In this document: piece by piece, positions 12,601-25,981 of the stretch
How positions within the stretch are numbered: position 1 is the stretch's first letter
How the letters are laid out: each line of letters starts with the position of its first letter
The notes under the pieces: generated by a model
The model's database searches: none
What the model saw: only the letters and a program-made list of their open reading frames with translations
Told to the model about the DNA's origin: nothing
Origin: Felis catus
Taxonomy: Eukaryota
Length of the DNA: 64,000 nt
NCBI RefSeq assembly: GCF_018350175.1
Contig: NC_058368.1
Span: 182,840,001-182,904,000 of the forward strand
Direction of reading: 5' to 3'
Program-made: the position numbers and the translations under genes

Positions 12601-13869
12601 GCAGCACTGTGCTGATTCAGAGGCCAATATTACTAAGCAAACACACTCACAGGTCAACGTGCTACTATTCACAAAGATGCTTTGAGACTTAGGTTTTGGC
12701 TTAGAAGGGGCATCTTAAAGGGAGGGGGTGTTAGGTATTGCTGGAAGATCAGGAAAGTAGTAAGTTTTAGATAAACAGAATTACTAGTCACCTTTCATAC
12801 CAGATTATGTTAAACTGTTGCCCAATTTACCCACAGCATAGGAGATCAGCCATACGTGGTGATTTCAGTGTAGGGAATTAAAATGCTGTTTTATCATCTC
12901 CCATAGGAAAATAACAATTCTTCTGATAACTATTATCACCGAACATGTACTATTTACCAGTTACTGTCCAAAGCATTTTAGCTTCATATAAAAATGTGGT
13001 GTGTGGAGACAATGGTGAGGGTCACTAATAATAGTGGATATAATATCATCTTTGGGGAAGTAAGCTATTAAAATCCATACACAATGGATGTGACAGATAT
13101 TTCTTACAAATTCATGAATGGAACAATCAGGAATATTCTTACCTATGACACCAGTGAACTGAGGAAAAAATTTCAAGGATACAGGACAGGAATATTATCA
13201 CAATTGAGAAGCTGAATCATGTAGAGTATGCTCTGTTCTGAGCAAGGTTATGATCAGGCAGAGGAAAATTTAGACTGCTTCAGCCACAGAGCTTGAACGA
13301 ACAACAAACATAGTGACACATGGAAACATTGGCAGGCCCCACCCCAGTACCATGAGGGAGGTGGTGGCCAGTGACAGACCTCCTAGAATTGCTACCCACC
13401 TGACATACTTATGTGTTACAGAGATTTGAGTCAAGCAAGCTATCAGAGCCAAAAGGCAAACATCTGAAATATATAAATGGCATCTACTTTTCTGATTTAA
13501 TACTTAATGGGCAAACATGATTATACACTTTTAACATGTGGCTTTCTTTTTAGAGAATGTGCTATTTAGATTGATACTAACATCTGGTGTGTTTGATAGT
13601 TGTTTTCCCTACTGTAGATTAATATACCGGCATGTTGACATATATATGTAGTTAAGGCTCTACTGGCACGTAGGTTTAGACGGATAATTTGAGTCAATCC
13701 ATAGGTAACCAGTAAGTTCAAGAAAACAAAATTCTGAGCCAGCAGGAAAGCAGGTCAGATTAGTTCCTAGGGTGAATGTCACTTAGTGAGATATAATGGC
13801 TTGCCCTCACCTGGATAAGACTCCTTCTGCACATCTGGTTTCCATTAGCCATTGCATTTTAACTGTAAT

Positions 13870-14020
13870 GCTTTGTAATTATCACTGCATAGGACTCATT
13901 AGCTTTGTTTTTACTCATGAGGAGACTGAGGATCACAGAGATAAAATAACTTCCTCCAGGTTAATCAACTAGGAAGGACAGAACCAAATACTGAACACAG
14001 AACTGTTGGGCCGAAAATTC
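13870..14020 (-). mobile_element. MIR fragment
   Basis: atgaggagactgaggatcacagagataaaataacttcctccagg resembles the MIR core. Confidence 0.65.
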
Positions 14021-15445
14021 CACATTCTTTTCACTCTTAGATAGGGTGCATTCCCTGAAAGAAACAAAGTTACACCTCATTGATGTGGAGAGAATAATAT
14101 GCCTTAAAAAGGATTCCCTGTGAAAACTCTGGCAAAAGCCAAAAGCAACCAAATCAGAGAACTTAACTAATAGGTAGATTTTCAAGAGTTTCCATTTCCT
14201 ATTTTTTTGTCAGTTTCCAGGAGGATTAAAAAAAATCTTAAAGCTGTGTTCATAACAGACATCCACAGGGGAAACACAGTGCCCCCTTACTGCTCACACA
14301 AGTGGGTTTACTTATCAGAAGGCTGTTGCCTAAATAAGGAAATGCAAGCTGATAGCCCCTTCTCATATCCAGTGTCTACAATTATTCTAGACATAGGCAA
14401 GAAGCAACAGAATGGCAGAAGACTCATAAGGAAAAAATACATTTGTAAGAAGAGATTATTCATTATGCTAAATTGCATATGTCTTTCATGAAAAAAGAGG
14501 GAGGGAGTATTAATATCACAACTCAAATGACTCTCTCCCTTCACATAAAGCCTATTTTTCAGATTTTTTGAGCCAAATTGCACTGTCAGAGAATCGCTCC
14601 AAATTTCATAACCATTATTATGACTCAGGGACATTATGAACTACTCAAAGTAGAGTTTGCCTTAGGCACAATTGTGAAATAAGTGAAATACATCTTCTGG
14701 GTCCTTACTGTTCTTTCTCTAGATTTTCCCACGCCTTCTGGCACTGCCTGCTGCTGCCTCTGTTTTATTGTTTCTGTTAATGGAAGAGTTATCAGTCATT
14801 TACACTTTAGCATGAATACATGTGAATTAGCATAATGAGTGCCCTTCTTTATTTAGGGTAAGCTCATTTTAAGAATTATCTCAGGTTGTAAAATAAAAAG
14901 CTGTGTTAAAAATTTTAAGACATCAGGGACAAGATGGAAGAGCTCTTGAAGAAATCATTAAGAGATCTTTTGTATCATTCCTGAAATGATACTATAAAGG
15001 CAATCATCTACAGAAATGATGATAAATAACTGGTGAATATTTTAACTGCAATGTCTCTTAAATTAACTCTGTATCTAAAAACTAAGACTTTCAAGGAAAG
15101 ATAAAGGCAGGTGTGATGAATCATTTTCTTGCAATAACACAACTTTAGGTAGAAATTTAAACCTACCATTAGTCCTTTCTATTTTTCATGTTTGCCCCTT
15201 CCTCTTCTGTTAGGAGCACAGAGCCCTTTCTTTCCATTCCACACACAGTTTCTGCCTTGTCAAGCATTGGTCACTGGTTCCCATTATTTCTTATTCTCAG
15301 GGATGCATTCCCTACCAACCAAGTTTTCCATTTCTCAGGGACATATTTTCAACAAATGACTATGTTAGATAACAATCTGATAAATTACTGTTTACCAAAA
15401 TGGGCATGACTTAAAACTGCTTAAGGTTTAGCCATCCATATTCTT

Positions 15446-15667
15446 TTTTTAAATTTTTTTTTCAACTTTTATTTATTTTTGGGACAGAGAGAGAGAGAGA
15501 GCATGAACGGGGGAGGGGCAGAGAGAGAGGGAGACACAGAATCGGAAACAGGCTCCAGGCTCTGAGCCATCAGCCCAGAGCCTGACGCGGGGCTCGAACT
15601 CACAGACCGCGAGATCGTGACCTGGCTGAAGTCGGACGCTTAACCAACTGCACCACCTAGGCGCCCC
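15446..15667 (-). mobile_element. Young felid SINEC_Fc
   Basis: CpG-rich; perfect 17-bp TSD tagccatccatattctt (15429-15445, 15670-15686). Confidence 0.97.
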
Positions 15668-17069
15668 GCTAGCCATCCATATTCTTAAAGCTGTTTCTTT
15701 TCCAATATGGTCTTGCTAACCAAATGAAATGGGGCCTACCTTAAGGTTTTGAACTACAGGCATATAGCAGATATTCATTAACAGGTATGTGGGCAAGTCA
15801 CCTTCCCTACTTCATACCAGCAACAAAAATAGCAAGACCGAGACCAACAAGAGTTAAGAGCACTGGAGAAGCAGTACGACCACTAAGACAGGACATGCGA
15901 TATTCTACTCTAGGTATGTGCAAGATTGAAGCCACTTTGATGGGACTGTGGCAAGAATGGTATAAATTAAACTCTCTGTTTGCCACACAGTCATTTTATG
16001 CATGGCGTGCAGTATTCCATAAACATCTGCGAAGCTCCCAGTCATTAGGAGGGTTAGAGGATGCAGAAATGACTGTCAACATCAAATGGTACTGGAATGA
16101 TTGGATTTGCAGACAACCCCCACCTATTCATCACAGTCGGGTGCTTTAGAATTATTCCAATCACATTTTAAGTCCATCACTGCTAAAGCTTCCTGGAACA
16201 ATCTGTAGGATTCTACCTCTCTTCTAGTAGATACATTGTCTCTCACTTCCATAACCCAGCAATGTCTAGAGTTTTTGATCTCAACTGCTGAAAGGAAGTT
16301 TGGATTAAAATCTTTAAGCACTTACAGAAAATGAAGTGAATCCTTTTCCTATACAGGCATAACAAAAAGTAGCTGTGTGCATGCAGATACAATTCTCTTT
16401 CTCAGTCTAGCAGTTCAGATCCCATGACCATTCCTCTTTGATCTTCCTCATGGTCTTGCTATCACTTTGAAGCAGCATGGCACGCACTCTGGGTACCAGC
16501 TTATTAAATACAGGTTATTGTTAAAAGAAAATTCCGACTGAGACTGAGCTGATTCATGTATGGTCTCCCTTGTTTACTAAGAATACTTTTGACTGGAAAA
16601 TATTAAAAGGAAGCCTGCTTTTCATTTTTTTTAAAGAAGTTTTAACTCCCTTTTATTTAGGAAAAAGAAAATCTTTGAAGTAAAATTTCACCGATCACTT
16701 CCCAAATTTGTTTAATCCCAAAGCCTTTGTACTTGAAGATAGTTCTGCACACAAGTGACTCAGTTAAATATATATCCTACAGTCCCATTAACTAATATTG
16801 TCATATTTTTCTTAAAAACAGAGGTTGCATAACCTATGTGTCATTGGAAAGAGTGGAGGGATTTGGAAACACTGATTGTCTTACCTGCATCAATCAGGTT
16901 TTATAGCTTATCATTTTTCATAAAAGCAAAACATGAAAAATGACATATAATTATAAAATGCTATTTGTTCATATTTCCAAATAGATATAATAATCAAATT
17001 ATCATACTTCAAACATCACATTGCATATGCATACAGAGAGAGATGTATATATAGGTATGTACTCACACT

Positions 17070-17297
17070 TGTGAAAGTTTGGATTCTGAGTCAAACAGAC
17101 CTGTGTTTTAGGCATTTTATATACTATCTGACCTTGAAAAGGTTTTTTTTTTTTTTTTTAACATCGCTGGACCTCCATTTCCTCTTCTATAATGTAAGAT
17201 TGCTGAACCTATCCTGAAAAGCTGTCGTGAGGGTGACAAATCAGGAACATGACTACTGGCGTACCTGACATTGAATAGGTAGGTTCTAATAAATAGG
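17070..17297 (+). mobile_element. MIR
   Basis: ggattctgagtcaaacagacctg...tgaccttgaaaagg...ctccatttcctcttctataatg...aataaatagg follows the MIR layout. Confidence 0.7.
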
Positions 17298-17318
17298 TGC
17301 TGCTGCTGCTGCTGCTGC
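17298..17318. repeat. (TGC)7 trinucleotide repeat
   Basis: Read directly; lies at the MIR 3' end. Confidence 0.9.
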
Positions 17319-18044
17319 TATACATGCTGCTTGCGAGGTCATTAAGCAGCCTGAAGTAAATAAATACCCTTATCCACTCAGGTTGTTTCTGTGTGAAGTA
17401 GCACCACAGGAAAACATATCTTTAATGCAGAACACCTGCCCCTGAGACTTTCAATTTGGGGTCTGTATCGTATAGCCTGTTTTCCTTTGTCCTTCCCACC
17501 TTAATAACTATGGTTTGTGTTGCCTATGGAGGTCTCATACGCTTCTAGTTACACCTATTTTGGCTATTCTGGAGCAAGCTGACCTACCCTTTGGAACTCT
17601 CCAATTTGAATTTCAATTACGGGACAGTCCTTTAATTAAAGTCAAACTATCTCAAATACATTTTAGATATTTTATGATCATCCATCTAGATATTCTATTG
17701 AGGCAGTCAGCAACCACAGGTGAATAATTTTACTAACGTAACTAATGATAATTCTCTTACCAGATGCCTTCTGGAAAAAAAAATCCTAAAGTAAATACAC
17801 TATGGTGAAGACATAGATTTATATAATTAGTATATTCTCATATCCAACAAATACACGGCTTAGTTATTCCTATCATTATACTGAGATTATAAACCTCATA
17901 GTGTCATGCTCTGCCTCCACCCTATTCATTGACAAAATAACATGGGCTATTTCAACCAATCTATATCCCAAATCAATTATTTATTAAACCCTTGCTGTGT
18001 GTGTCCCATTATGGTAAGTGTTGTGGCTGCATCTGTAATGCTTT

Positions 18045-18230
18045 ATGCCATTAAAATGGTTCTAGTAAAGGCTTGGAGATTCTCAGATTACATGCCAGGC
18101 TTGGACTCTCATCCCCCATATGCCATTCATTAAGTGTGAAGGTTGGAACAGTATCTGGAGTTTATTTGCTTCCGTTTTCTCATCTGTGTAACAAGGAGAC
18201 TGAATCAGATGATGTCTCAGATTCTATGAT
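18045..18230 (+). mobile_element. MIR/MIR3 fragment
   Basis: cttccgttttctcatctgtgtaacaaggag core-like sequence. Confidence 0.55.
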
Positions 18231-18269
18231 CCTCCTCCTCTTTCCTGAGATGCTAGGTGAGATTTCCTG

Positions 18270-18685
18270 CATGGTTCATGGAACACACTCCTTGCTCTAG
18301 CCATCGCCAACTACATTCATATTTATCTCACTTCCAGGATTTTGCTAGTGTTAAAACTTTCCATGGAGCATATCCCTCTGCCCTTTACCAGGGTAACTCC
18401 CAACTCATCCTTTAGGTTCCGATTCAAAGGTCATTGGTTTGCCCAGTGTCTTCCATAATCCCCTCCCGCCACACTAAGTTAAATGCTCCTCTTTTGTGCC
18501 CACAGCATCTTAAACTCCATCCATTGCTTATAATATTCATTACACAGGGCCGTCTTATTCATTTGTCTAACTGAATTCTTCCCTCAGTGGTTGGTTTTGT
18601 GCCTTACTTATACATTAGGTTTTTGCCTTTAGGGTAGGATCAGGCTTATACTAGATGTTCCAAGATTATTTCTTAAATGAATTCA
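18270..18685 (+). mobile_element. L2 3' fragment
   Basis: Pyrimidine-rich aactcccaactcatcctttaggttcc..., ending in an aaatgaat-type tail. Confidence 0.55.
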
Positions 18686-18711
18686 GAGTTGAATTTTGTT
18701 TTAAATCCTTC

Positions 18712-19139
18712 AATGGCTGCCACATGGACACTGTGCTACTCTTTCCAGACTCTCCTTTAGAAAGGAGGAGCTCACCCCATTAGTTGAAGACAACGCAAGA
18801 GCTATCAGTAGTATCTCTCTCCAGGAACTGCCCTGGCAGATGGCTACCGTGCCTTCCCACGTACAGCCTGCATGCAATGATTGGTTGACACAGGGTTATA
18901 AAAGCCCAGCCGCTTTGCCTAAATGCAAAACAATTTAAAGAGCAATTTTAGTCTCACATTGCCCTATGGGAAAAGCTGAGGGAAACATGTGAGGCAAAAG
19001 CACTGCAGTTCATTTCCTGTAAGTGCCCAACCCTATTCTCATCACTTTAAGTGTTGTGCTCTAAAGCAATCTGCAACAAACTTCCTGCCTGCAAAACTCC
19101 ATTTCAGAGCTTGTTGTCCAAAGAATCTGACTTTTGACA
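18712..19139 (+). mobile_element. ERVL solo LTR, LTR16C-like
   Basis: ctctccaggaactgccctgg, cagcctgcatgcaatgattggttga, ttataaaagcccagcc and aaacttcctgcctgcaaaactccatttcagag...gaca match the LTR16 layout as recalled. Confidence 0.75.
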
Positions 19140-19494
19140 CCATAAGTCTGAGAATAAAAGCTCAAACCCTGTACAACCATGACTGATTTCTTTCCTTCTT
19201 CTATAACCTAGTCTCATCACCATGTCACTCTTTTTTCAATCATACTGTTTGTCCTTCTTTACATTCTGAAACTTTTTCACTTTACCTGGATCTTTTACTT
19301 TTAGTCCCTGCATCTACAAGTCCCTAGGATTCTCAGTATACTATCTTAAGGATGGCTTGTTCACAGCCCTGTGGTATCACTTCTGACACGCTTCTCACAG
19401 TCCTAGGTATTCAGATGATAGCATTTTTTATAACTAGAGATTATCACACTTCCTGATTGATTGTCCCCATTAACATATAAGCATTTTAAGTTAG

Positions 19495-19710
19495 AATAAT
19501 AGCAACAACACACTCATTATTAACTAGGCACAATTTTAAGGGTTTTGCATAGTTAATTCTTATAATTACCCTGTAAGTATTATTATTTCATCACTTTTAT
19601 AGATGAGGAAACTGAGGAACAGAGAACCCATAATTAGCAGGAAGGGACAAGGAGATCCAAACTCAGGCAATCTAACTACCAAGTTTGTGCTGGTAATCCC
19701 TACTATAGGT
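19495..19710 (-). mobile_element. MIR
   Basis: ttttatagatgaggaaactgagg core. Confidence 0.85.
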
Positions 19711-22661
19711 ACTAACTACATAAAACCTCTTGTATGAGGTAGAAGAAATTAACAAATTAATCGTATAGTATAAAAAAACCCATTTTTAAGGTAACTTTTT
19801 ATAGAGGGTATTACAGTCACACACAAGAACTTTAAATGTAATTTTAATTGCATGCTCTTTTGGAAAGAGAAGCAAACATTTATGATTTCGGTCTCACCTA
19901 CTAGGTGGAATCTGTAGTTCTGCTGCTGCTACAGAAAGAAGCATATTTTACACCACTGCCAAATCCGTTATGTTGCCTTATATGCACTCTGGTACTTGTA
20001 TTCCTAACTTCTTCTTAATAAGCAAGCAGTTCAAATAGGAGTAAGCCATTCAACAGAAGACATATACAGAAATATTACACTTTATTATGTTAGGATAAAC
20101 GTTAAGCTTAGCCCTAAATGTGAGAGCACAGGTTCTCCTTTTCTATCACTATAGATATTATAGTATATTTAGCTTTATACAATATAGAATGATTAATTCC
20201 AGTAATTCACTACATAAGAAATGTCAGCTCTAATAAAATGTTCCACTCTTTAAATTTCTTTAGTCAGACGCTTTGTCTATAAGATGCCAAATTTCTGGAA
20301 GCAAACTGAAAAATGTGGCCACTCATCTGAAAGTTTTGTCTACATTACATTGAACATGTTGTTACTTATAAATCAGAAGGCTGGATTTTTTTTTTTTACT
20401 TAGTATCCAGAATACTTGGCAAAGACACTAAGTCAATGGAATCTGGCTGCTTTTGTGTAGAATAAGAATCTAATACTATTCTTCTTCCCCTAGCTTTTTG
20501 CGTAGCTATATTTAAAATCACAACATACCGTACTATGTCTAAACTGTCTTTGCATTTATATTATTCTTAACTAAAAAGCACAATTAGAAGTACTTTTAAT
20601 AGGTTAATTACTGGTGCATTATCACAAAATGTGATCATCTTCTTTGGCTTAACAATTTTGGAAGCCATTTGGCAAGATAAAGCATTGCAAAGGAGATTAG
20701 TGTTTTCCAGAAAAAATTTCTATTACTGGTTTTCTACTTTTATGCCCCAAACTTTGAGTATCAGTTATGAAATAATCTCTTCATAAACCTATATATTTCC
20801 ATTTCTGAAAGTGTTATAATTCATAAAAAATAATCTTCCCCTTACAGTCCATGCATCTAAGAGAACAATCTTGCTGTGAATAAGCAAAGTCAGTTATAGT
20901 AATTTTCCTAAACAATTATAATACAACCAATCTGGTCACAACACCATATGTAGAATCAGTACTGATTTTCTATTTTTTTTTTCCTTTTAGAGCCATTACC
21001 ATATACAAAGAGCACTTGTGGTACTTTACATTTATTTCAAGAGAGTATTTTCTGGGGCAAGCGCCAGTTAAATTTTTAGTGCCTAAATGAGGCACTCAAT
21101 GCAAGTTGGAATAAACCACCTTTACAAAACTTCCAAATAAAATATGAAACTTAAAAAAATCCTTCAAGATTTCAGGAACTATGTTTTATCTGCCTATCAA
21201 TGTCATTGCTCCATTCTCTATTGTCAAGGAAAGAGTCAATCTGAAGCAGATCTTGTGGACACTTAGACCTTATATTTGCAAAACATGAATTATTTAACAT
21301 ATAACCACCAGCCTGATCATGACATTAATTTAAAATTTCTTTCCCCTCTAATTAAGATAACCATTAGATAAGCATGAACAAGATTTTTTTAAAAAAATCT
21401 TTGACAATTTAAGAGTTTGGGAAGTATTTGACTAACTTGAAACCTAATTATTTAACTCAGCATTAACCAGAATATCTTAAAAAAATATTTTAACTGTGGA
21501 AAACATCTTCTTCCAAAGTATGTGATAACTTGTAAAAGAAAAATTAAACTCTTCTCCCATCTGCACACTATCTACTACTTCCATGAATGGAAATTATGCA
21601 ATTAATAATGCCCTTTTTTGTGGCAGTCTGAAGCCAGATCTAGAACAAAAAATATGATAACCCGATACTGGTAATAATTAAATGTATGTTCCTTGAAGGC
21701 CCCAAAGTCACTGGCAACAACTGTTGATTCACTATCATAGTATGCTATTATTCAATTACGCCAAAGGTACACCCAGGCATTTATACCAATTTGAAAGTTA
21801 AAATGAGGAGAGAATGTCTGGGTCCAAGAGTATGTGCTATTATTTAGTCATTTTTTATAAGGTGAATTCTGATTCATTAGGAAAAAATTTCTTTGGGACT
21901 TTTAAATAGTAAATAAAAAAATTCACTTCAGAAATCAGTAATACATATTTATTTCAATTTAAATCTTTTGAAGTGAGAAATTATAAGCAATTCTGAGCAA
22001 ATAACATTACATGTAATCATGAATAATATTGAATAAGTGAACGGGGAAACTCATGTCCAAAGAGCTGTACAGTAGTAACTGCAAATTTAAATTTCCAAAA
22101 TTTTTACCTTTCAAACCACCCTAACTCTGAGAGTGTTTTCTTATTCTTCTTCTATAAGAATAAGCATAGAACTTGCATTAACAAATGGCCATCTTCATCA
22201 TTATATATTGTGTATCTATCTGAGTTGACTAATGATTTTAAGAGAAATTGGACATTTTGGCTTAAGAGATTTTAACAAGTTTCCAGGTATAAGTGAAAAG
22301 AAAAATCTCAATGGCGTAGTCAAGAAGAGTCAACCCTAAGTCGTGATTAATCTTAAAACACATTTCATAGTGATAACATGAATTTTATTTTTTCTTTTGT
22401 GAATTATACTCCTAAGATATGTCCATACAGGGTATTTTTTTTGTCATTTATAGATTTTTAGGTATTTATAAGTCATTGCAAAGAAAATACTTTTGTAATG
22501 ACAGGGTCTTAAAATTAAATTTTAAACAGAAGCCATATAAACTGTTTTCTTTTAACATGACAGTATCTAGCAGATTTCCCGGTCTTCACTCTATTTCAAA
22601 AATTAAAGTCATCACTCACAATTTCCCTGTCAACGTTGTCTCATGTGAGAATTGCCTCTTC

Positions 22662-23215
22662 TGTGGCAGGCATCTTTGGAGTCTTCCCCCAGACAAGGCT
22701 TCCTTCTGTGAGATTTGTAGTCCCACCCATAAGGTGGGGCACTGTCACAGTAACCATATTTTTGCTACATGACCCTGCTCCCTGGGAACACCCTCAGGGA
22801 TTGGGGATGGATATCTGGTCCAAGTAGGACCTTCCTATTCGCTCTGTCAGAGTTGAAATTGGACTGGGAGAAGTAAGTTCAGTATTAATGACCCGCCCCA
22901 CCCCCATGAACAAAAAAGTACTTCCTTTGCATCTGTGGGGAGGACTCTTGCCAGTGAAGTATAATACAGACAGCAGAGAAAGGAACAAGTGAAGATGAAG
23001 ATTATGTATGCATCCTAAAGGAGATTGAGAGTCATGGTGCTAGAGACTGAATACTATCTAAGCCTCCATCTCCGTTCCTCCTAAGGTGGGGGTGTCTTTC
23101 TTCCCCTCCCACACTATGAGCTGCCTTCGTATTTCTTACTCAATTCCTCATCTTTGTCTCAGCAAGGGGCAGTAAGTTTCTGTGGCACGAATTCCAAAGA
23201 GCATTGATTAGCACA
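22662..23215 (+). mobile_element. Old solo LTR (LTR33/MLT1-like, ERVL class)
   Basis: Starts tgtggcagg and ends gtttctgtggcacgaattccaaagagcattgattagcaca, similar to ERVL/MaLR LTR ends; GC is raised relative to the flanks. Confidence 0.55.
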
Positions 23216-23572
23216 TCCATTCTTTTGTGTTATATGCCATTTTCCAACATTATTATATGAATAAAAATACTTGGATATGTGTTTTATCATGGTGAAAATA
23301 TATACAATTTTATTTGTTTTCTTACCAACAAATTCAATAATTATTAGCCCCCATCATAGGTTTCCTCCTAATGATATGCAAACATCAAAAAAAAATGCTT
23401 TTCAACTTGGCAATTTCTTGATACATTTTTTCCTTCTAGTTAGTCACCATGCCATTCTTTGGACTTGATACCATACCTGCAAAGTTAACAAGTGTATCAC
23501 TTGTACAGTGTGTCTATTTTTATCCAGTGTGATGACCATATCTGGACCTCTATCTTAAAACCACAAGCCCCT

Positions 23573-23780
23573 GTGCCGGGTGGCTCAGGGTGGCTCATTC
23601 GGTTAAGTGTCCAACTTCGGCTCAGGTCATGATCTCAGTTTGTGGGTTCAAGAGCCTCATCCAGCTCTGTGCTGACAGCTTGGAACCTTGAAGCCTGCTT
23701 CAGATTTTCTATCTCCCTCCCTCTCTACCTTTTTCCTGCTTACACTCTGTCTCCCTCTCTAAAATAAGTAAACATTAAAT
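23573..23780 (+). mobile_element. CAN-SINE with a duplicated head segment
   Basis: gggtggctca is tandemly duplicated (23578-23597), followed by a normal body and tail. Confidence 0.9.
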
Positions 23781-24035
23781 TTCTTTTTCCAAAAGCAATC
23801 TACTGTGGAAGTAAAAATTTTCTATGATGGAGTGGGAGGAAGAGAGAGAGAGAAAGAACAAAAGAGAGAGACAGGGAGAGAGACCTGATTAAGGATTAAC
23901 GTACTTCAACATATTTTAATGTGGTTTCACATGTTTAACTTCCATTACATATTCTAATTGCAGAGTAAGGGCATATTTATCATTAGAAAATCATTTCATA
24001 GGTTTTTTTGGGGGGGGTAAAGATAATATTGTTTT

Positions 24036-24253
24036 GGGGTCACCTGGGTAGCTCAGTCGGTTAAGCATCTGACTTAGGCTCAGGTCATGACCTCACAGTT
24101 TGAGTTCGAGCCCTGCGTAGGGCTCTGTGCTGACAGCTCAGAGCCTGGAGCCTGTTTCAGATTCTGTGTCTCCCTCTCTCTGACCGATCCCCATTCATGC
24201 TCTGTCTCTCTTTCTCAAAAATAAATACACGTTAAAAAAAAATTAAAAAAATA
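24036..24253 (+). mobile_element. CAN-SINE
   Basis: TSD aaagataatattgtt / aaagataatactgtt (24019-24033, 24254-24268). Confidence 0.95.
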
Positions 24254-24517
24254 AAAGATAATACTGTTCTCACTGATCATGAGAGGAGTTCATGTTAAAA
24301 TGGTTTTCCAATTAGTCAGTTACTTGTAGTCAGTTAGCAGCGAACAGTTATTCAATATCGAGTCAGTTAACCATGAACAGTGTGTAAGCAACACTAGACT
24401 AGGCACAGACAGGTGATATTAAAAACTAAATAAAATAAAATTTTCCTTCATGGAGATTTGGAGGAAAATGAACAAGATGAGGTAGGTTGTGGTTAAACCT
24501 AAGGAGCTTTCTAACAT

Positions 24518-24882
24518 CATCAAAAAATAAACCAAGTCCTGTCATATGCCATAGCAGGAATGAATCTTGAGGGTACTATGCTCAGTGAAATAAGCCAGTT
24601 ATGAAAGAACAGATACTGCATGATTCCCCTTTACATGAGGCACCTAAGATAGTCAAACACACAGCAGCAGAACAGATGGTGACTGCCCCCAGCTTGGAGG
24701 AGGTAAAAATAGTGGCATTTTCAATGGGTAGGAAAGTTTTTGCTATGCAAGGTGATTAAGTTATAGAGATCTACTGTACGATACTGTGCTGACAGACCAC
24801 AATGGTGTACTATTATGCACTTAATGTGTTAAGCAGGTAGATCTCATGTTAAGTGTTCTTGCCATGGTAATAAGAAAGAAAA
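24518..24882 (+). mobile_element. L1 3' UTR fragment (L1MA10/L1MB1-like)
   Basis: atgaatcttgagggtactatgctcagtgaaataagccag...gtagatctcatgttaagtgttcttgcca. Confidence 0.8.
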
Positions 24883-25499
24883 CATCCTAACTCTGCAGAA
24901 AAACCAACTGAGAGCTTGTAGCAAACCTATCGGCATGGGGAAAGGTGCCTATGTCCACGAGCCAGATGAGCGCAGCAGAGAGCTGCCCACTGTTGCTTGG
25001 TTGAGACAAGAGGGAGGTGATTTGTGTGTGTTCATATCATCTCTGCTCTGGGTGGCAGGTGGTGGCAGCGGCACCTGGGCGCAGGGTCTGTGAGCTGCTG
25101 GTTATGCAGAGAGCACCGCCTGGGGCGCTGGGTGCTGGGAGATGTGGCTCCTCTCCTCAGTTGGTCTCTGGCAGCTATTCAAATGCAAGTTAAATCCATT
25201 AGGTCTAGCTTTGCAAAACACCTCTAAGCAAGAACTCCCACTGAACATAAAATGGAAATTCTGCTCTTGAAAACCTCCAGAATTAGGTTTCATTTTTGAC
25301 ACCTTGGATAACAATGGAGAAAAATGTGTCTTCCTGCATTAAAAATGCCTCACGTGCATTATTTACGCTTTCAACATTTGTGAAGAGTGGGGGTGGGGTG
25401 GAGAACACATATGAAAAATAAAGCCCAGAAATGCTCAGTGATTCTCTGAAAGCCACACTGATGACAATAATTTCTACTACAACTACTGCCCTTGCCACT

Positions 25500-25730
25500 A
25501 ACACCTCTATCTTCCCAGAGAATTTGCTATGTGTCAAGAACTTGCCAAAAGACTTTACAAATCATCTTTGTCTAATTTTTACAGCATGCCTGGAAGGGCT
25601 CCTCACCCCATTTTCTTGGCGAGGGACACAAGGCTCATAGAGTTAAGGAAGTGTCCAAGCACACAAAGCTACTGAAGACATGGAACAGGAGTATCTACGG
25701 CTGAAGCCCACATTCCTAACTACTTCACCG
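25500..25730 (-). mobile_element. MIR
   Basis: aaggctcatagagttaaggaagtgtccaagcacacaaagcta core-like sequence. Confidence 0.65.
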
Positions 25731-25859
25731 TCAGCCTTCAGTATCTCATGCAAGACTTTCCAGTACATACTGTTATTATGCTTCTCTGTATTTATGTACT
25801 ATTTTACAAATTATTTCACACATTTTATTCCTACTTAGTGTGCATAAAACAGGTCTTCT

Positions 25860-25929
25860 CCAACACTATTTCTAAGGTCAGATATCCTACATGACTGTTC
25901 GTTGAAGCACTACCATGACATGATATGCT

Positions 25930-25981
<52 letters not shown>

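Noticed and set aside
12961..13452. Possible decayed coding sequence (processed pseudogene or transposase)
   Set aside because: Translations in the frames I checked match no family I know; no poly(A) tail, TSD or terminal inverted repeats.
15787..16149. Longest ORF (120 aa, +) as a gene
   Set aside because: No recognisable domain, promoter or supporting exon structure; this length is expected by chance in 64 kb.
20529..20570. - strand exon-like segment tttag|TTAAG...TACG|gtatgt
   Set aside because: Short, AT-rich, stops in all three frames, no other support.
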